Shown: positions 13,917 to 27,272, numbered from the whole stretch's first letter. The stretch is 61,584 nt of DNA, filler included, from Basidiobolus ranarum (GCA_040143965.1; 11 parts of 11 records of this genome joined end to end with filler, not necessarily neighbours in it); one strand, 5' to 3'. Numbers and translations: made by a program. The notes: generated by a model not told the origin, from the letters alone.

Positions 13917-15920
13917 ATGGATCCTCAATCTGAAGTAATAGACGATTTCGAAACCAGCACCGTTGTCTCCAGCATCGATAGTCCAGAGCTGAAAGCATTG
14001 GAGCGTAGATTAGTATGGAAACAAGATTTATTGTAAGTCTATGCTTTTCACTTTCCTTAGTTGTAATCGCATACTGACATATTTTCTGTAGCATTTTGCC
14101 GTTCATCTCTCTTATGTATTTATTCGCTTCCTTGACTCGAGTAAGCATAGATTATCAGTTACTTTGTCCTTTCTTTAGTACTGACTGCTAAATTCAGGGC
14201 AACATTGGTAATGCTCGTCTCGGTGGTATCGAGAAAGATTTGGACATCAATGGGGCTCAATTCCACAACATCGTCACAATGTTCTTTGTTGGTATGCTTG
14301 CAAGTTAGACTCTCCTAGCCATTCGTATTTTGCTCATTTTCTTTCTAGGCTACATTATTTGCCAGATTCCATCTACTATGACTACTAGAATGTGAGTGAT
14401 GCGACGCGGTATTTCTTGAGTAGAATACTTAATAACTAGCTTTCCCTTCTTAGCGTGTCGCCTTCTAAATGGATTGGTTTCGTGATGGTTATTTGGGTAA
14501 GTCAACAGTCACTAATACAAATCGTTCATTAAATATTCATTTGTGTTTATTAATGCAGGGGATTTGCGCTACATGGTGAATATTACGCAGCTTGATTCGA
14601 TATATGTACACCAATAATAACCTCTTACCTAAAGTTTGGCAGCTAATCACACCTATTCCGAAATGATGGCTAGTAAGTACATTATGTTGATTTAGTTTGA
14701 ATTTCCAGTTCTCATATCCAGTTTAGCGCGGTTTTTCATGGGATGCTTCCAAGCTGGCTTAGGGCCAGGGATTCCTCTCTTGTTGAGTTATTGGTATAAA
14801 CGTGAAGAGATGGCCAGGCGTATGTCGATCTTCTTGGGATCTTCTACCCTTGCTGGGTTATTTGGTGGTGTCTTTGCATACGCAGTTATACGTAATCTTG
14901 ATGATTCCCATGGCTTAGCGTCCTGGAGATGGTTGTTTATTGTTGAAGGTGTACCTACAATTTTCATTGGTATCCTCTGCTTTTTCTTCCTACCAGATTA
15001 TCCTCACACCGCAAGTAAATACTTTTTAACTCCTGCTGAACGCGATCTTGCAATCAAACGTGGTCATTCTGGTGGTAATAAAGACACTAAGGCCTTTAGT
15101 AAACATCAGATGCTCAGAGCTTTTCTAGACTGGCATAACTGGCTGGCTATTGTTGTGTATGTTGGCCTTAATGTTTGTCTCTCCTCCTTTAGTACCTACT
15201 TGCCAACAATCATCAAGGCTATGGGATTTACATCCCTTCAAGCAGAGCTTCTTACCATACCCCCTTATGCCACTGGTTGCTTCACCCTTATTCTGGTCTC
15301 TTGGGTGTCGGATCTAATCAGGCAACGAAGTTTATGTATTATGGCAACCACTTCAATCGCAGCCCTAGGTTACATTCTTTTGATTATTGGAAAAAACACT
15401 GCGATGAAATATGCTGGAGCGATCCTTGTCGGTGCCGGTGTTTATCCAATCATTCCTTTAGTATGTACCATGCAACGCCTTTTGTGACTCTCATACTAAC
15501 CTTGCAGTATTATATTTTAGACTCTTACCTGGATTTCTAATAACAATCTAGGTCATACTAAACGCGGCACTGCTCTTGCTATGACGGGTACTGTTGCTCA
15601 ATGCTTCTCCATTCTAGGATCACAGGTAAGAGAACAAAGACTGCACTCAAAACTGGACTGTTGCTGAGGCTAATCATTTTGCCTATAAAACACAGATCTA
15701 TAAAAAATCTCAAGCTCCAACCTACCGTGAGGGTCATGGGGTCTGCCTCGGCTTCATGTGTCTCTCCTTTGCCACGGCTCTAGCTCTACGTACTTGTCTT
15801 GCACGAGAGAACAGAGAAAAGGATCGAATCTACGGAAAGATAGACGAGATCAATTCCAAAACCATGGAAAATTCCGATAAACTCTACGACAAAGATCCAT
15901 CCTTCCGGTATTTCTTATAA
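13917..15920 (+). CDS. MFS transporter, anion:cation symporter family (TNA1/DAL5-like), multi-exon
   Basis: ERRLVWKQDL|ILP, GNIGNARLGG, LLSYWYKREEMARR, WRWLFIVEGVPT, FLPDYP, NNLGHTKRGTA, C-terminal DKDPSFRYFL*; many short GT-AG introns. Confidence 0.93.
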
Positions 15921-18852
15921 CAGAAATGACAGGAATTAATCAGTAGATTTTAATGTAAATACCTTAAAACTTGATGGTAATTACGCTTGCTTTCAACTCT
16001 ATTACCGTTATTATTATTATGCGGATACACGTTTTCCTAAATTCAACTGTATGGTTCCTTACTAGAGTTTTATAAAAGTACCCGAAATGTTGTAAACACC
16101 AAAAATCATACAGGATATGGCAATTTACCATGTTTGAAAACCTGCGACATTTGACCCATTGCGACTTTGATTATTAATGAAGGCCAGATACATTGATTGA
16201 ATATGGCTCATGCAGATTTGGTTTTTACTTGGCCTATTCCAGGAATTTATACACACGGCCATTTTTTGTATGTTTCAGTAGCTTAATATTTATGGATTAG
16301 GGGGATGAAAACACCAGGTGGTGTGGCTTTATGTAGCTTATATACTAATCCAAACAAAGTGACAATCAAGACAACAATCTTTTAACATATTGTGACAAAA
16401 CTGGATCATATCTATACTGAAATTGATGACCAATGTAATCAAGTTCTGCAGATGTAAATATAGTGTTAATGGGCAAAGGTGGTATGTAGAAAGGAAGGTA
16501 TTCAGTATAAACTAAATGTACAATAGGACAAAAACATGGAATAATGGGGATAAAGAAAGGTGTTTTGCAGGCAAGATAAGGTTAGGGGGAGACAGTCACC
16601 AAAAGGTGAAATCTTTATTTCAAACAAAACAAAGAGGCCATAACTACTTTTGTAGTTTCTTAACTAATGTATGGAGATCTGGAGTATTTGTATGAATGTT
16701 GCAAAGCAGAAAAGTTAAGTCAGTAGAATCTAAGACACTGTTAAGTGNNNNNNNNNNNNNNNNNNNNNNNNNNNNNNNNNNNNNNNNNNNNTTAATTAAT
16801 TAANNNNNNNNNNNNNNNNNNNNNNNNNNNNNNNNNNNNNNNNNNNNGTCAAGAGCATTGATCTAAAGGCTCATACAGACATAAAAGTAATATTCAGGGT
16901 TGCTATTTGGATATGCTATCAGGAAACCAGAGAAGGCAAGCTGAAAAAGAATGTTCTTGCTGCATCCTCAACGATTGGCCTTTCCAATATGTAACAATTG
17001 TTTCCATTTGAAGCCTAAACACTTTTCCTTTGGGAGGTTGATTGGGTGAATGGGCCGTTTAATATAGCCGCATTGGCCAGTATATTTCCTTGATTGTTGA
17101 AACACTCCCGATGTGGATTGTCGTGAAACGGATTTAAAGAAATGAGGAAGAAATCTCACCGAATGATTTGCGCGTCAATGAGGGTTTTCGCAGTGACTAG
17201 TTGTAAGAGCATGGGCAAGAGGATGGGGATGGGGATGGATCATCTAGCAGGTGCATATAGTGGCAATTCATTGGCACGGTAATATTCAGCAAATAGAGAT
17301 GACATCAGAATTGCTTAATACCTGGAAATTAATATTGCTACGTCTGCCTTTGTGACGCAGAATTTCTAAATCTCAATATAAGAAGAACATTCGAACTTAA
17401 TGCAGGTATTAATGGAGTTACCGATTTTAAGTTAGAAGGGACCGAGACCTTGAACAAGGGCAAGGGTCAAGGGAGAATGTGACTCTAGTGTAGCGGAAAA
17501 TGGAACTGAGTCATATCGTAGATTGATATCTATAATTATCCGCTGATCCTAATTTAGTCTAGCCAATCACTTCATGCCTCCTCTTACCTCAATCGTCTGG
17601 GAAGATATATTTGTAATCCAAGTACAGCACTGGGCTGTAGTACTAATAGCGTTAATGTTTCTTCTATACGTTGTTGTGAGTGCGTATATAGTAAAATCCT
17701 CAGTATGTCTAGGGGTTTCATACACTTCAACATGGCATCTTGAAATCTACACAACGTGATCAAGCCAAGTTATTTGTTCTGCTGTGGCCGAAATATATGC
17801 CTTTTAATCACCCCCCTGCTCTTCCAGTAAATGGGTTCATGCGTTTCAGGTTTGAATCTTGATCACTCGACAACACATAGATTATCTACTTCTATATTCA
17901 CCTTTTCGACAACTGCAGAGGCTCAGTATTGTTTGTAGTAAATTCCAAGTCCCCACTAAACTAACAAAATGAAGTACATATACTCACAGAATCGCGTGGG
18001 ACAACTGTCAGGAATTGTGATGAGTCACCGGTTGTTATTGGTACCATATTAAACTAAATAAACTCGATGTTCCACCATACAATTTCTAGACGTAAAGTTG
18101 GCAATTGGCAACGTTACTAGATCAATTGGTGTGGCATATAATGATACTTGAAGCCAAGAAAAGGTTCCATCTAATATATATCTACAGAATTGATAATCAT
18201 GGGTGGGTGTGGACGCATATGTCGTTCATTATATACCAAAGCTATCCATGTCTCAATGAATTACTCCATTTCTTACTGGTGCTTATTAGCGCAGTGTAGG
18301 TTTATTCGTGCTTGTTCTTCAACAGCAAAATATATATTACAGTATTTCATTCTACTGATACAATATGCAACATTGCTGCTTCTCACGTATTTGAATTTAA
18401 TTTACCAAGTTAGGAAATATGCAGCAGTGTATTACTAAAGTAACTTAATAATCGAATTAAACACAACAAAGGTTGGTATTTTGACCTTTACTATCCTTTG
18501 CAGCACATACTATAGAAGTTTTTGTTATTATATGGATAATAAAAGTTTAGATACGATATTTTTGAGCAGTATTTGAGTATTCTGAAATTATCATCAGCAA
18601 TCAAGGTTTATGGCTAACGGGATCATCTATGTGATTCATGGACGCGATATCTGGTTATCCACTCGAATAGAATAGCCCAAGTGCAGATTTATGGAGATAG
18701 TCGCAATATGTATATACGTGTGTAATAGTGTGTTTCCTCAAAGTGGATGAGTTTGAATTTGGAGAGAGTTGGGTCTGATTATATACCTACCACACTCTCA
18801 TGTTAGCATTCATTCTCGTGCCTAAGCCACCAATCTTGCACCTACTATGAGA

Positions 18853-21222
18853 TAAGTGAACAAACAAATTGTAGACAAATTGTGTGTGATTCGTTGCTGT
18901 AACTCGTCAGTTTTTTTTGTGAGTATATGCTTAACAAACTTTTCTATCCGTAAACTAAAAAAAGGATGTCAATTCGCTTTTTTTCTTCTCTATATGGAAC
19001 CACCTCTAAAGATTATAGCAGTCAAAAGCTCAATCGCTGGTATTGGGTGGAAGCCACAATTCGTTCCACTACTCGTGTCACTTGTAGCTAACGTTCATAC
19101 CCTTGTGTCCCATACGTTTTCCTTTTTGAAGTACATCTTTACTCATGAACTGGAACGTGCTCCTACGTTTCTTTTAGAGGATTTCATTAATGTTGGCTAT
19201 TTTAGGGAAGTCTTTCTGTCACTCCTCAATAACTACAAGCCAGACAAACAGAAAGCTTAGACAGAATCAAGAGCCTACAAAGATCTAATACTCAAGTATC
19301 GGGATAAGTACTTTCAGTGCTGTTCTTACGAACTAGTCAACTGGAAGTATACTCATCAGATATCTCCTTATGAAGTGACAAAAAATTGTTACTGCTTATC
19401 TGAACGGGGTCAACCTTCAATTCGGAAACAAAGTTGGAATGTTTCTCAACTTGTTCTTGAAGAAGAATGAAAAAATCAAAACGCTGGAAAGCAAAATGAA
19501 GAAGAATAGGGGAAGCGAGAAAGAGATTACGGCAGTTATAAAGACAATAACAGAGCATATGAATAAGGTCAAGCTTGCTATTTCATCAAGAAATATTGAA
19601 GATATACCTAAAGAATTTCTGTCCTCAAACAATTTGGATATGATCCGTAATCTTTTTGGCGCGTATTCGACGGATTATCGATTTGCAGAAGACTCAATCT
19701 ATTACGACTGCAAAAGCAACCCTCTCAAGCATATAAAGGCGTATGCCAGACTATCAAGCATGTGCAAAGTTCTCCAAAACAAGCCATTCAACTGCTCTCC
19801 TTTAAGAAGGGGTTTCATACCTACATGACAATCGATACGTATATTTTAAATACTCAAACCTTAGAGAATTCTGTCACCAGTCACTTGGATAAAGAAGCAA
19901 TATAGGAAACAGTTATTGACCTCACACCAAAGGTAATGAAACCACAAGGAAAAAATAATTCAACGAAGTTTAGAGGTACGATATACACAGATGATGTAGG
20001 TGTGTCAGTGCTAAAGCAAAACCATAATATGAAGAAGGGTGGCAGTGGTGCAAAGTCAAAGTCTCTTGCTTCAGAAGAGGAGTTTCAGTATGTGGAGAAG
20101 TTGGGAAGAGAAGAGTTGTTAGTCGGTGTTGGCAAATGTGTGCTAATTGATCCTGGACGTCGCGATTTGCTGTACTGTGTGCACGAAGAAAGTACCGCTG
20201 AAAACAAAATGGTTTACCGATATACAAGCAACCAAAAAGCAATTGAAACAAAGTACAGAAAATTCAGGAAGCTCAGAGAGAACTTAAAGACAGACCAAGT
20301 CATCGCAGCTGAGCTTTCCCTATCGCATTTGAAATCTCCAACCATCAACAAAGACAAGTTTGCATCTTCAAGGAAAAGCCGAAGTCACTCCGGTCCTGAG
20401 AGCGTATTACTCGAATGAAGATCGCCCTGCAGGAGAAGACCGGCGTACCAGGGGTTTGTTACCCTTTAGAAAAATGAAGCTCTCAAGTTTCAATAACCAG
20501 CTACAATCAGACAAATGGCTTGCCAAGAAGCTTCGAGAGAAGTTTGGGAAGGATACTATATTAATACTTGGTAGCTGGTCGGCTGGGAATTAAAGTATCA
20601 TGAGCCCAATAGAGGCATCGGAATGAGAAAAATGTTAGCCAAAGAAGGCCTCTAGCTATACCTCCTTGACGAGTTTAAAACTTCAAGTCTGTGCCCTACT
20701 TACCAGAACGGTGAACTGGAAAAGTATAAAAAAGTACAAAATCCTAGACCATACAAAAGGGAAAAGTATCCTATTGTATATCGTCACGGCCTTTTAAGGT
20801 AAGCGCTTTTTACATGCAAGTAAAAAAATTTCAAATTCAAACCTAATTTCTGCTCAGGTGCAAAAACCAACAGTGTTTAAAGGTCCTGACCAACACTACT
20901 GAGGTAACTACTGAATTTTCTCACCATCGTCTTTGGGATCGTGACCTGGCTGCTACTTTAGACTTTAGACATATCCTTTTTAACTTGTCTTCAACTATGG
21001 AAAGATCAGAACATTTTTGCAGATTGGAAAAACCCTCTCCACCGGGTATAAAATAAAGGGTATCTCGTCAGCTAGTAACCGTCGACCAACGAAAAAAGCA
21101 AACAATCCTGTGTGATTATAGCTACACTAAACATTTGATACAGAGTAAGTCTTTGAACACTTTTTCTTTGGGCAAGTGTTTACAAAAAGAATGGGCTGTA
21201 TCTGATTTGGTTTGTTCACTTA
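18853..21222 (+). mobile_element. Non-autonomous TIR DNA transposon carrying a Fanzor gene (TA target duplication, Tc1/mariner-IS630-like ends)
   Basis: Left TA|AGTGAACAAAC-AAAT (18853-18869) and right ATTTGGTTTGTTCACT|TA (21205-21222) are inverted repeats. Only Fanzor coding sequence lies between them, with no transposase. Confidence 0.8.
18994..21056 (+). pseudogene. Fanzor1 (eukaryotic TnpB-like RNA-guided RuvC endonuclease), disrupted; one intron 20799-20857
   Basis: FIP.YMTID, FRGTIYTDDVGVS, RuvC-I LIDPGRRD (D 20149), LILGSWS, RuvC-II LLDEFKTSSLCP (E 20671), HGLLR|CKNQQC zinc finger, RuvC-III LWDRDLAA (D 20943). In-frame stops (19258, 19903, ~20653) and several frameshifts. Confidence 0.88.
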
Positions 21223-21240
21223 TGTCCAATTTATTGCGAT
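21100..21240 (+). ncRNA. Candidate Fanzor omegaRNA (scaffold to right end 21220, guide from flank ~21221-21238)
   Basis: Nested stems GATACAG(21137-43)/CTGTATC(21196-202), TCTTTG(21150-55)/CAAAAAGA(21183-90) and AACACTT(21156-62)/AAGTGTT(21174-80), between the ORF end and the right TIR, where Fanzor omegaRNAs are known to lie. Confidence 0.55.
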
Positions 21241-21935
21241 CGTCCCATTGATTTCTTCAATTCGTCTGATTTTAGATTAAAACACTGTAAACTCAGAGCA
21301 ATATGTATGAAATAATAGCTGGTCAATGACTGAAATGTATGACCTTGACCAAGTAGGTGTATACCTAAGGATCAATTGACATATATCATCGTGAACTTTA
21401 AAACCATCTATCAACAAACCAATTCAACTCATAAGTTATGTATGAGTCCAAATAAACTTATTTCCACCACTGTAAGAGAGCATTGCTTACTATTTATCAT
21501 ATGAGATCTTTTCACTGGGCTTCTTACACGTGTAGCTCACTAAAAGTATATATACATTCTCTTTTCTAACAAATATTTGTCTGTAGATGCTATAAATAAC
21601 TATCAATTTATGGTATATTGCTACTCAATACTGAGTGTTATCTCCATTATAAGATTATTGATTATATTATAGATTGACTAGTATCTGTTACCAGATCAAT
21701 CCAACAAAAAGAGAGTAATAATACACATAATCCAACAATAGTGCTAACCTAAATCATATTCTTTCAATTATCAAACCCCAACCCTATCTTAATTTAATTG
21801 ATCACTAAACTCGATGCACTCTTAAACCATTTTGGCCTTGAGAGAATCATCGACGGATATAGTAGACACTGACACAAAGCGAATATATTGTCGAAATGAC
21901 CAAATTTATTGGATATATGACATTTAGAAAGAAAA

Positions 21936-22361
21936 TTAAGCAGAAAGATCCTTCTTGAGGGTACCCATGAAAGCCTTCTTCTCTTCGGCAGTTTGGAAAC
22001 GACCGTGCCCGAATTTGGAGGAGGTATCGACAAACTTGAGGGAAACCTTTTCAAGAGCAGATCTCTTGGTGTGAACCAAAAGAGATTTACGGAGGGTCAA
22101 GACTCTCTTCTTAACACCAATACAACATCCCTTGATCATGATGAAGTCCTCCTTAACGTTACCGTAATGAGGGAAACCACCCATGGGGGTAATGTTCTTG
22201 GCAGTAAGATCGTACTCAGTAGAAGCAGAGTTCATGTCAGCACCGTTGGCAATACGATAGATCTTCTTGTTAACCTCAGTACGGTGATGGAAACCATTTT
22301 GACCAGCACGAGGAACTGAGTACATGACACGGGAAGGATGCGAAGCACCAATACAAGCAAC
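21936..22361 (-). CDS. RPL3: 60S ribosomal protein L3 (uL3), C-terminal part, truncated by contig end
   Basis: [45 protein letters not shown]. Confidence 0.98.
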   Translation of the reverse strand, partial: VACIGASHPSRVMYSVPRAGQNGFHHRTEVNKKIYRIANGADMNSASTEYDLTAKNITPMGGFPHYGNVKEDFIMIKGCCIGVKKRVLTLRKSLLVHTKRSALEKVSLKFVDTSSKFGHGRFQTAEEKKAFMGTLKKDLSA

Positions 22362-22461
22362 NNNNNNNNNNNNNNNNNNNNNNNNNNNNNNNNNNNNNNN
22401 NNNNNTTAATTAATTAANNNNNNNNNNNNNNNNNNNNNNNNNNNNNNNNNNNNNNNNNNNN

Positions 22462-23372
22462 TTGCCCATGGCATGGTAGGCCAGAGGTTGGTAGCAGCAG
22501 GAACGAGCAAAGAACCGGGTGAGATTGTGGTGGAGAACCCATTGATGACTACCACTACACCCAAAGCTATGGTAGAAATGATACCAACGATGGAAGTATA
22601 TGCCAAGATACTGAGAGGAACCCAAGTAGAAGGAATCAAGACAAGGATACCAATGACCTTCAACAAGTTTAAGTCGAAATTCGGATATAAAGCGTGAATG
22701 GAATCAGCAAACACCATCAACAATGCAACACTGGTAGCCAAGAGCTCAGCTACCAAAAGTACGGCCATGACAACTCTACCCTTATTACCGAAAGCAGCGT
22801 AACCTACATCTGATAGAGAGAGCATAGAAGAGTCCAAATCCAAACACTTGCGAAGTAAGATCGCAGTGTAACGGGTTAACAAGCAAAACCCAAATAACAT
22901 GAATAAACCAAGGACCCAACCAGTAATTTTGAATGCATATGGCAAAGAAAGAATAGCTAAGCCCATCAACACATTTACAGCATTAAAGACTGATTGAGCA
23001 AATGTACTGCTTGGCTCATCCGACAATTCCGTACCATGTGGATCGGCCAAGAGCGAGGATTTTTCGTCGGCAACAATAGTTGCAGGGGACCCAAAGTCAT
23101 CACGAGAAGAAGTTGGAAGACCCATTGTACATTCCGAAGGACGAAGGTAGCTTTCACCGACAATATCTTCAGCGCTGATGATAGGAGGCTAACGTTAGTT
23201 AAATTCAAACTAAATAATACAAGGCGTACTTACTCTGGAAAGGCGTTCGCTAACAAGTATACAGTACTGCTTCTATGTGATGAAGAAAGTACACCATCCA
23301 TGACTCTCGAGGCCCTTGATCGGACGGTATAACTAGAGCGAAATGATGACATTGTTCTGAAAGTATTTTTAC
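22462..23372 (-). CDS. Vacuolar amino-acid transporter (AVT1-like, Aa_trans family), partial
   Basis: STFAQSVFNAVNVLMGLAILSLPYAFKITGWVLG, SDVGYAAFG, multiple TMs; intron ~23184-23232. 3' end lost at the linker; start exon uncertain. Confidence 0.88.
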
Positions 23373-26193
23373 ACTAGATTAAGAAAAGAAAGCTAAAGAA
23401 AGATGTGGAGTTGGTCAATTATACACAAAACTCTTGAAACTGAGCTGTGAAGAAGAGTGCAACAGAAACCTGGATAATTTATATTCATCTGTGGATGCAC
23501 ACGAAATATGAGTTGTGGAAATTGAAGTGGCACAACTTAATGGGAATCAAGGGACACAAGCTGGTCATAATTAACTTCTATAGTCATTGAATAGGTAATA
23601 AGAATCATCTGCAGTAAATATGAATGCCTTTTACTTCAATGTCCGTAGTACAAACATTCAAAAAGTTAATAGAATGCATGCTTAATTGCATTAAGTCCAA
23701 GGGTAGATACTACTTTTCGAGAAAAAAACGAACTAAAAATAAACGGATTTTCCGAGAAACATAGTAGCGCGGAAACACCTTCCTTAAACCCTATTTTACT
23801 TGACTGGGAATTTCGAGGGATGAGTGAAATAAGAAATCGGATATGCGGGCTTTGACTTGTGCACATTGAATAATTAGAGATTAATAGATAAATGTGGTAG
23901 AACTTCAATATCTAACCAGGTATGTGGGAAATTATCAGCTCTTGTGAAAACAACCATACAAAACGCTGGGGCTACCTAGGTTAGATTACAGTCTGAGAGC
24001 CACTTCCGTGGCTTCCACTACTCTTAGCCAGAATCACGGTAGAGCCCGAGATTCACGTATGAAGTGTTAAGCAGTCAGTACGGATTCTTGGTTCTTTGGA
24101 GTTGTATGATTGGAAATATGAATCTCTTCTCAAATGATTCAATTGAACCTTAACCGTAGATGCTCGGCACATCTGGTTTTTATTCTGCGCGTACTCAATA
24201 TCCAAGTTTTCCACGATACCTTTTTCTCTCCTGCCCACCATTCTTGATGTATTTCCCACAACACCCCAAAAGAGATACATTTATTCCGCTTCTGAGCTCT
24301 GTATTACCGTTGGGAATTGGTGCGACTGAAGTGACCTTCACCTCTGAATCAACCGGATTGGGAGCAAGGTTTTGGGAGTTGATTTCCTGAACCTGCGCAG
24401 TTAGTATCCGGTATGTGAAGTATCCTAGTGAGAGGGATCTTTCTGTCACCTCGATATATATCGATGCTATAACCTTCGATCTATGCAGTGTTGCTCAATA
24501 TTGTGAACCTTGTGTTACTTGCCAAAGCAAGAAGGAAAGGGTTTCTGATAAGTGGAATGTCTTGCAGCCGAAGAATCCATTCTGTGGACCAGGAGCTATC
24601 AGGTTCGATACACTTCAAGACTAGTTTTGATGGATCTATAAGTAAGGCTAGAAGTGTGGATTAGAATAGCTAGAGCATTCATTACGGAGAAGCCTTACAG
24701 CATAAATAAGGAAATGAAGCTATACCGATTTTACTTCCGTTGATGGCTACCATTGTATGTTAGATAATCACTACTGGCATGGGAAAGACGGATCCAGGTG
24801 TCAACCAACTGGTGATTGTGCAATTTCAAGTTCCAACACATCTCAGAAAAATAACCAGATTCTTATTTTGGGGTCACGACATCAACCTCATAGCTGTTTA
24901 CCGCAACCTACCTGTACTTCTCAATAAGCATCGAAGTAACTTGCTTTAACTGGTAGCTAACTGTTCTGGAATTCCGCCCCATTAGCAATCAAATCCCATC
25001 TGCTGTTTCCCCAGCTTATGTTCACAACCGCCTACTAATTTATGTGTATAGCCCATCATTGCAGTTACTGCAGTTGGCACGATGTGGGTTGGAAACTGAA
25101 CGGCACATTCGGTATTAGAACCCTTGTAATCTTTCATCGAAATACACTACTCGTGACTAATCTAGTCCATCTCCGTGTGATGTTTCAAATATACTATAGA
25201 AACCAAGATGCAGATCGAACAGATGTGTATGGTAGTTCTGAGGTTAATCTACCAGTATAGCAGAGTTGGATTGAAATCAATGGGTAGAAAAACCGTTTTG
25301 TTTGGACAAAATTCGCATTTACTAAAATTTAATTAAAATGGAACATATATCATAAATATAGAAATCACCCGACTGGCGCAACCCTAACCCTACTTGCGAT
25401 ATTATCAGGCTTAAGCACTATGCTGTGTGGATACGCTCATAGTGCATGCATGGCTCCAGCGTGACAATCATCCATTTACTGTTTCGTTATCCATTCATAC
25501 GCTGTTCAAGGGCCAGCGGTAAACACAACAGCCCAGTTCTGGATAAAACACAGGTGAAAGCGATATTCAATTAAATCAACCCTAACTCGAAAAGTGTTCT
25601 TACTCTTGGTAACATATTAAGTCTTATAAAATGGGTTATGAATGTCGCAGTTTTATATTCCAGAGCTAGGAAGGTTCTGATTCTCACACGTGAACCAAGA
25701 TGTTTGTACTAATGACAATAGCACTGAAAAAACAGTGAGAGTATTTGCAGAACATGTATGGAAGTGATTGATTCCATTGGTAATTTAGGTTGCTTGGAAC
25801 ATTCATACTAAACTTGGGTAATTACAGATTGTTGATATATTTTCTGGATATATGTGCCAATTTTCAATGATGGATGTTTAACTAAACTAGCCTAGCTCAG
25901 TCAGATTTGATACAGATTATAGATACCAATCCATACCCTGATCTATCAGTTAAATTCATAACAAACTTCCTGGATTGATATATCTACAGGAATAGGCTAA
26001 GAGTGTCCTTCACTCTGAATCAGTCTAAGTACATTTTAGGTATCCTCAGATACTAGAGGATAAAGAATTGTCAACCAGCATCAACACCCACGGATATAGG
26101 TGCGAAATTGGTTAGAATTAACATCAAATATCTGAGATATTGAGGACTTGGTTTGTTATAGTCAAGAAGCCATTTCCTTGAATGACTAGAAAC

Positions 26194-26505
26194 TGTTGAA
26201 GTGTTTTTGGAGTTGTTGGAAGTAATTTGGAGAACTAGAAGATGTAGTGGATTTCACTTACTAATTTATTTGGTGCAAGTTGACACTTTTACCTTTGTCA
26301 AGCAGTAGCAAACTAATGTGAAGATATGTTTAGGAAAGCCTTGAGACTCTTGGACAAGTTTGAGAAAAGTATATAGTCTGACAACTTTCAAGTTGATAAA
26401 AATATTCCAAGTAAATTCCTCATGAAGCTTTTGAATATTACCATTGTGAACTTCAGAGAGCTAACTATATTAGTATACAAATACTGAGGCAATGTCATTT
26501 TAATA
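26194..26505 (-). mobile_element. Older diverged copy of LTR family A
   Basis: tgttgaagtgtttttggagttgttggaagtaatttggagaactaga...aatattccaagtaaattcctcatga...gaggcaatg resembles the family consensus. Confidence 0.65.
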
Positions 26506-26661
26506 GAATAAGCATTTTCAGTCAGGGTACTCCTCAACTAAGGATAATATTGTCAAGATTTTAATCAAGCTTGTGCTAAAGCCTAAATTTTGAGGAATAA
26601 GACAACACTAGGGACTAAGATGAATTCCATAAGTGGCAGTATTGAGGTGTATTGTCTTCAT

Positions 26662-27008
26662 TGTTGAAATTATCATAGCCTAAACACCTATATAATCATC
26701 AATAGCCTAGCATTTACTTATTTCATATTCCACAGCAATATCACCCACTATTCTGAAGAGGAATTTTCTTGAATTATGTTTGTGTGCTTGGAAGTACTTA
26801 TATATATAAACTTTTCAGACCTGTGCTAGAAGCCCTAAACTTTGCACATATGCTCCTGGGACTTTTCTTACTATATTCCATATGTTGATTTGTTTACATT
26901 AGGACATAAGTATAAATGCTAATTTAATACTCAATAAATCAATAAGTGATAATACCAACTTCCCTAATTCTCCAAACCACTTCCAACAGGCTCCCAAATA
27001 CTTTAACA
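26662..27008 (+). mobile_element. Solo LTR, copia family A, with degenerate 5-bp TSD
   Basis: TGTTGAAATT...CTTTAACA flanked by ttcat / ttaat (4 of 5 identical). Confidence 0.8.
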
Positions 27009-27272
27009 TTAATAGGGTAGAAGAGCCACTAGAGTAAGCTCATATACCCTCCTAGTACTTCAATATTGATTGCATGAACAAATTTATGAGATATACCTAG
27101 TTACTAAATATATGTTGGGGAGGCTTCACTAAATGATTGTTTAACAAAATGAACTAAATATGTGATAATCAATACTTAAGACCAGGAGCAGTAACAAACA
27201 GGAAAGTAGAAAAGTAGGATGATACTTTGCTACATAGCACACTTTAGTGATAAATCTCCAAATATTGGATAT

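Noticed and set aside
21993-22319. Antisense ORFs opposite RPL3 (also opposite TyrRS, AVT, arrestin, LEA_2)
   Set aside because: Shadow ORFs caused by codon bias of the real genes.
24053-24624. Overlapping short ORFs, possible decayed gene
   Set aside because: No diagnostic motif in any frame.
25380-25392. ACCCTAACCCTA telomere-like motif
   Set aside because: Only two units, internal; expected by chance.
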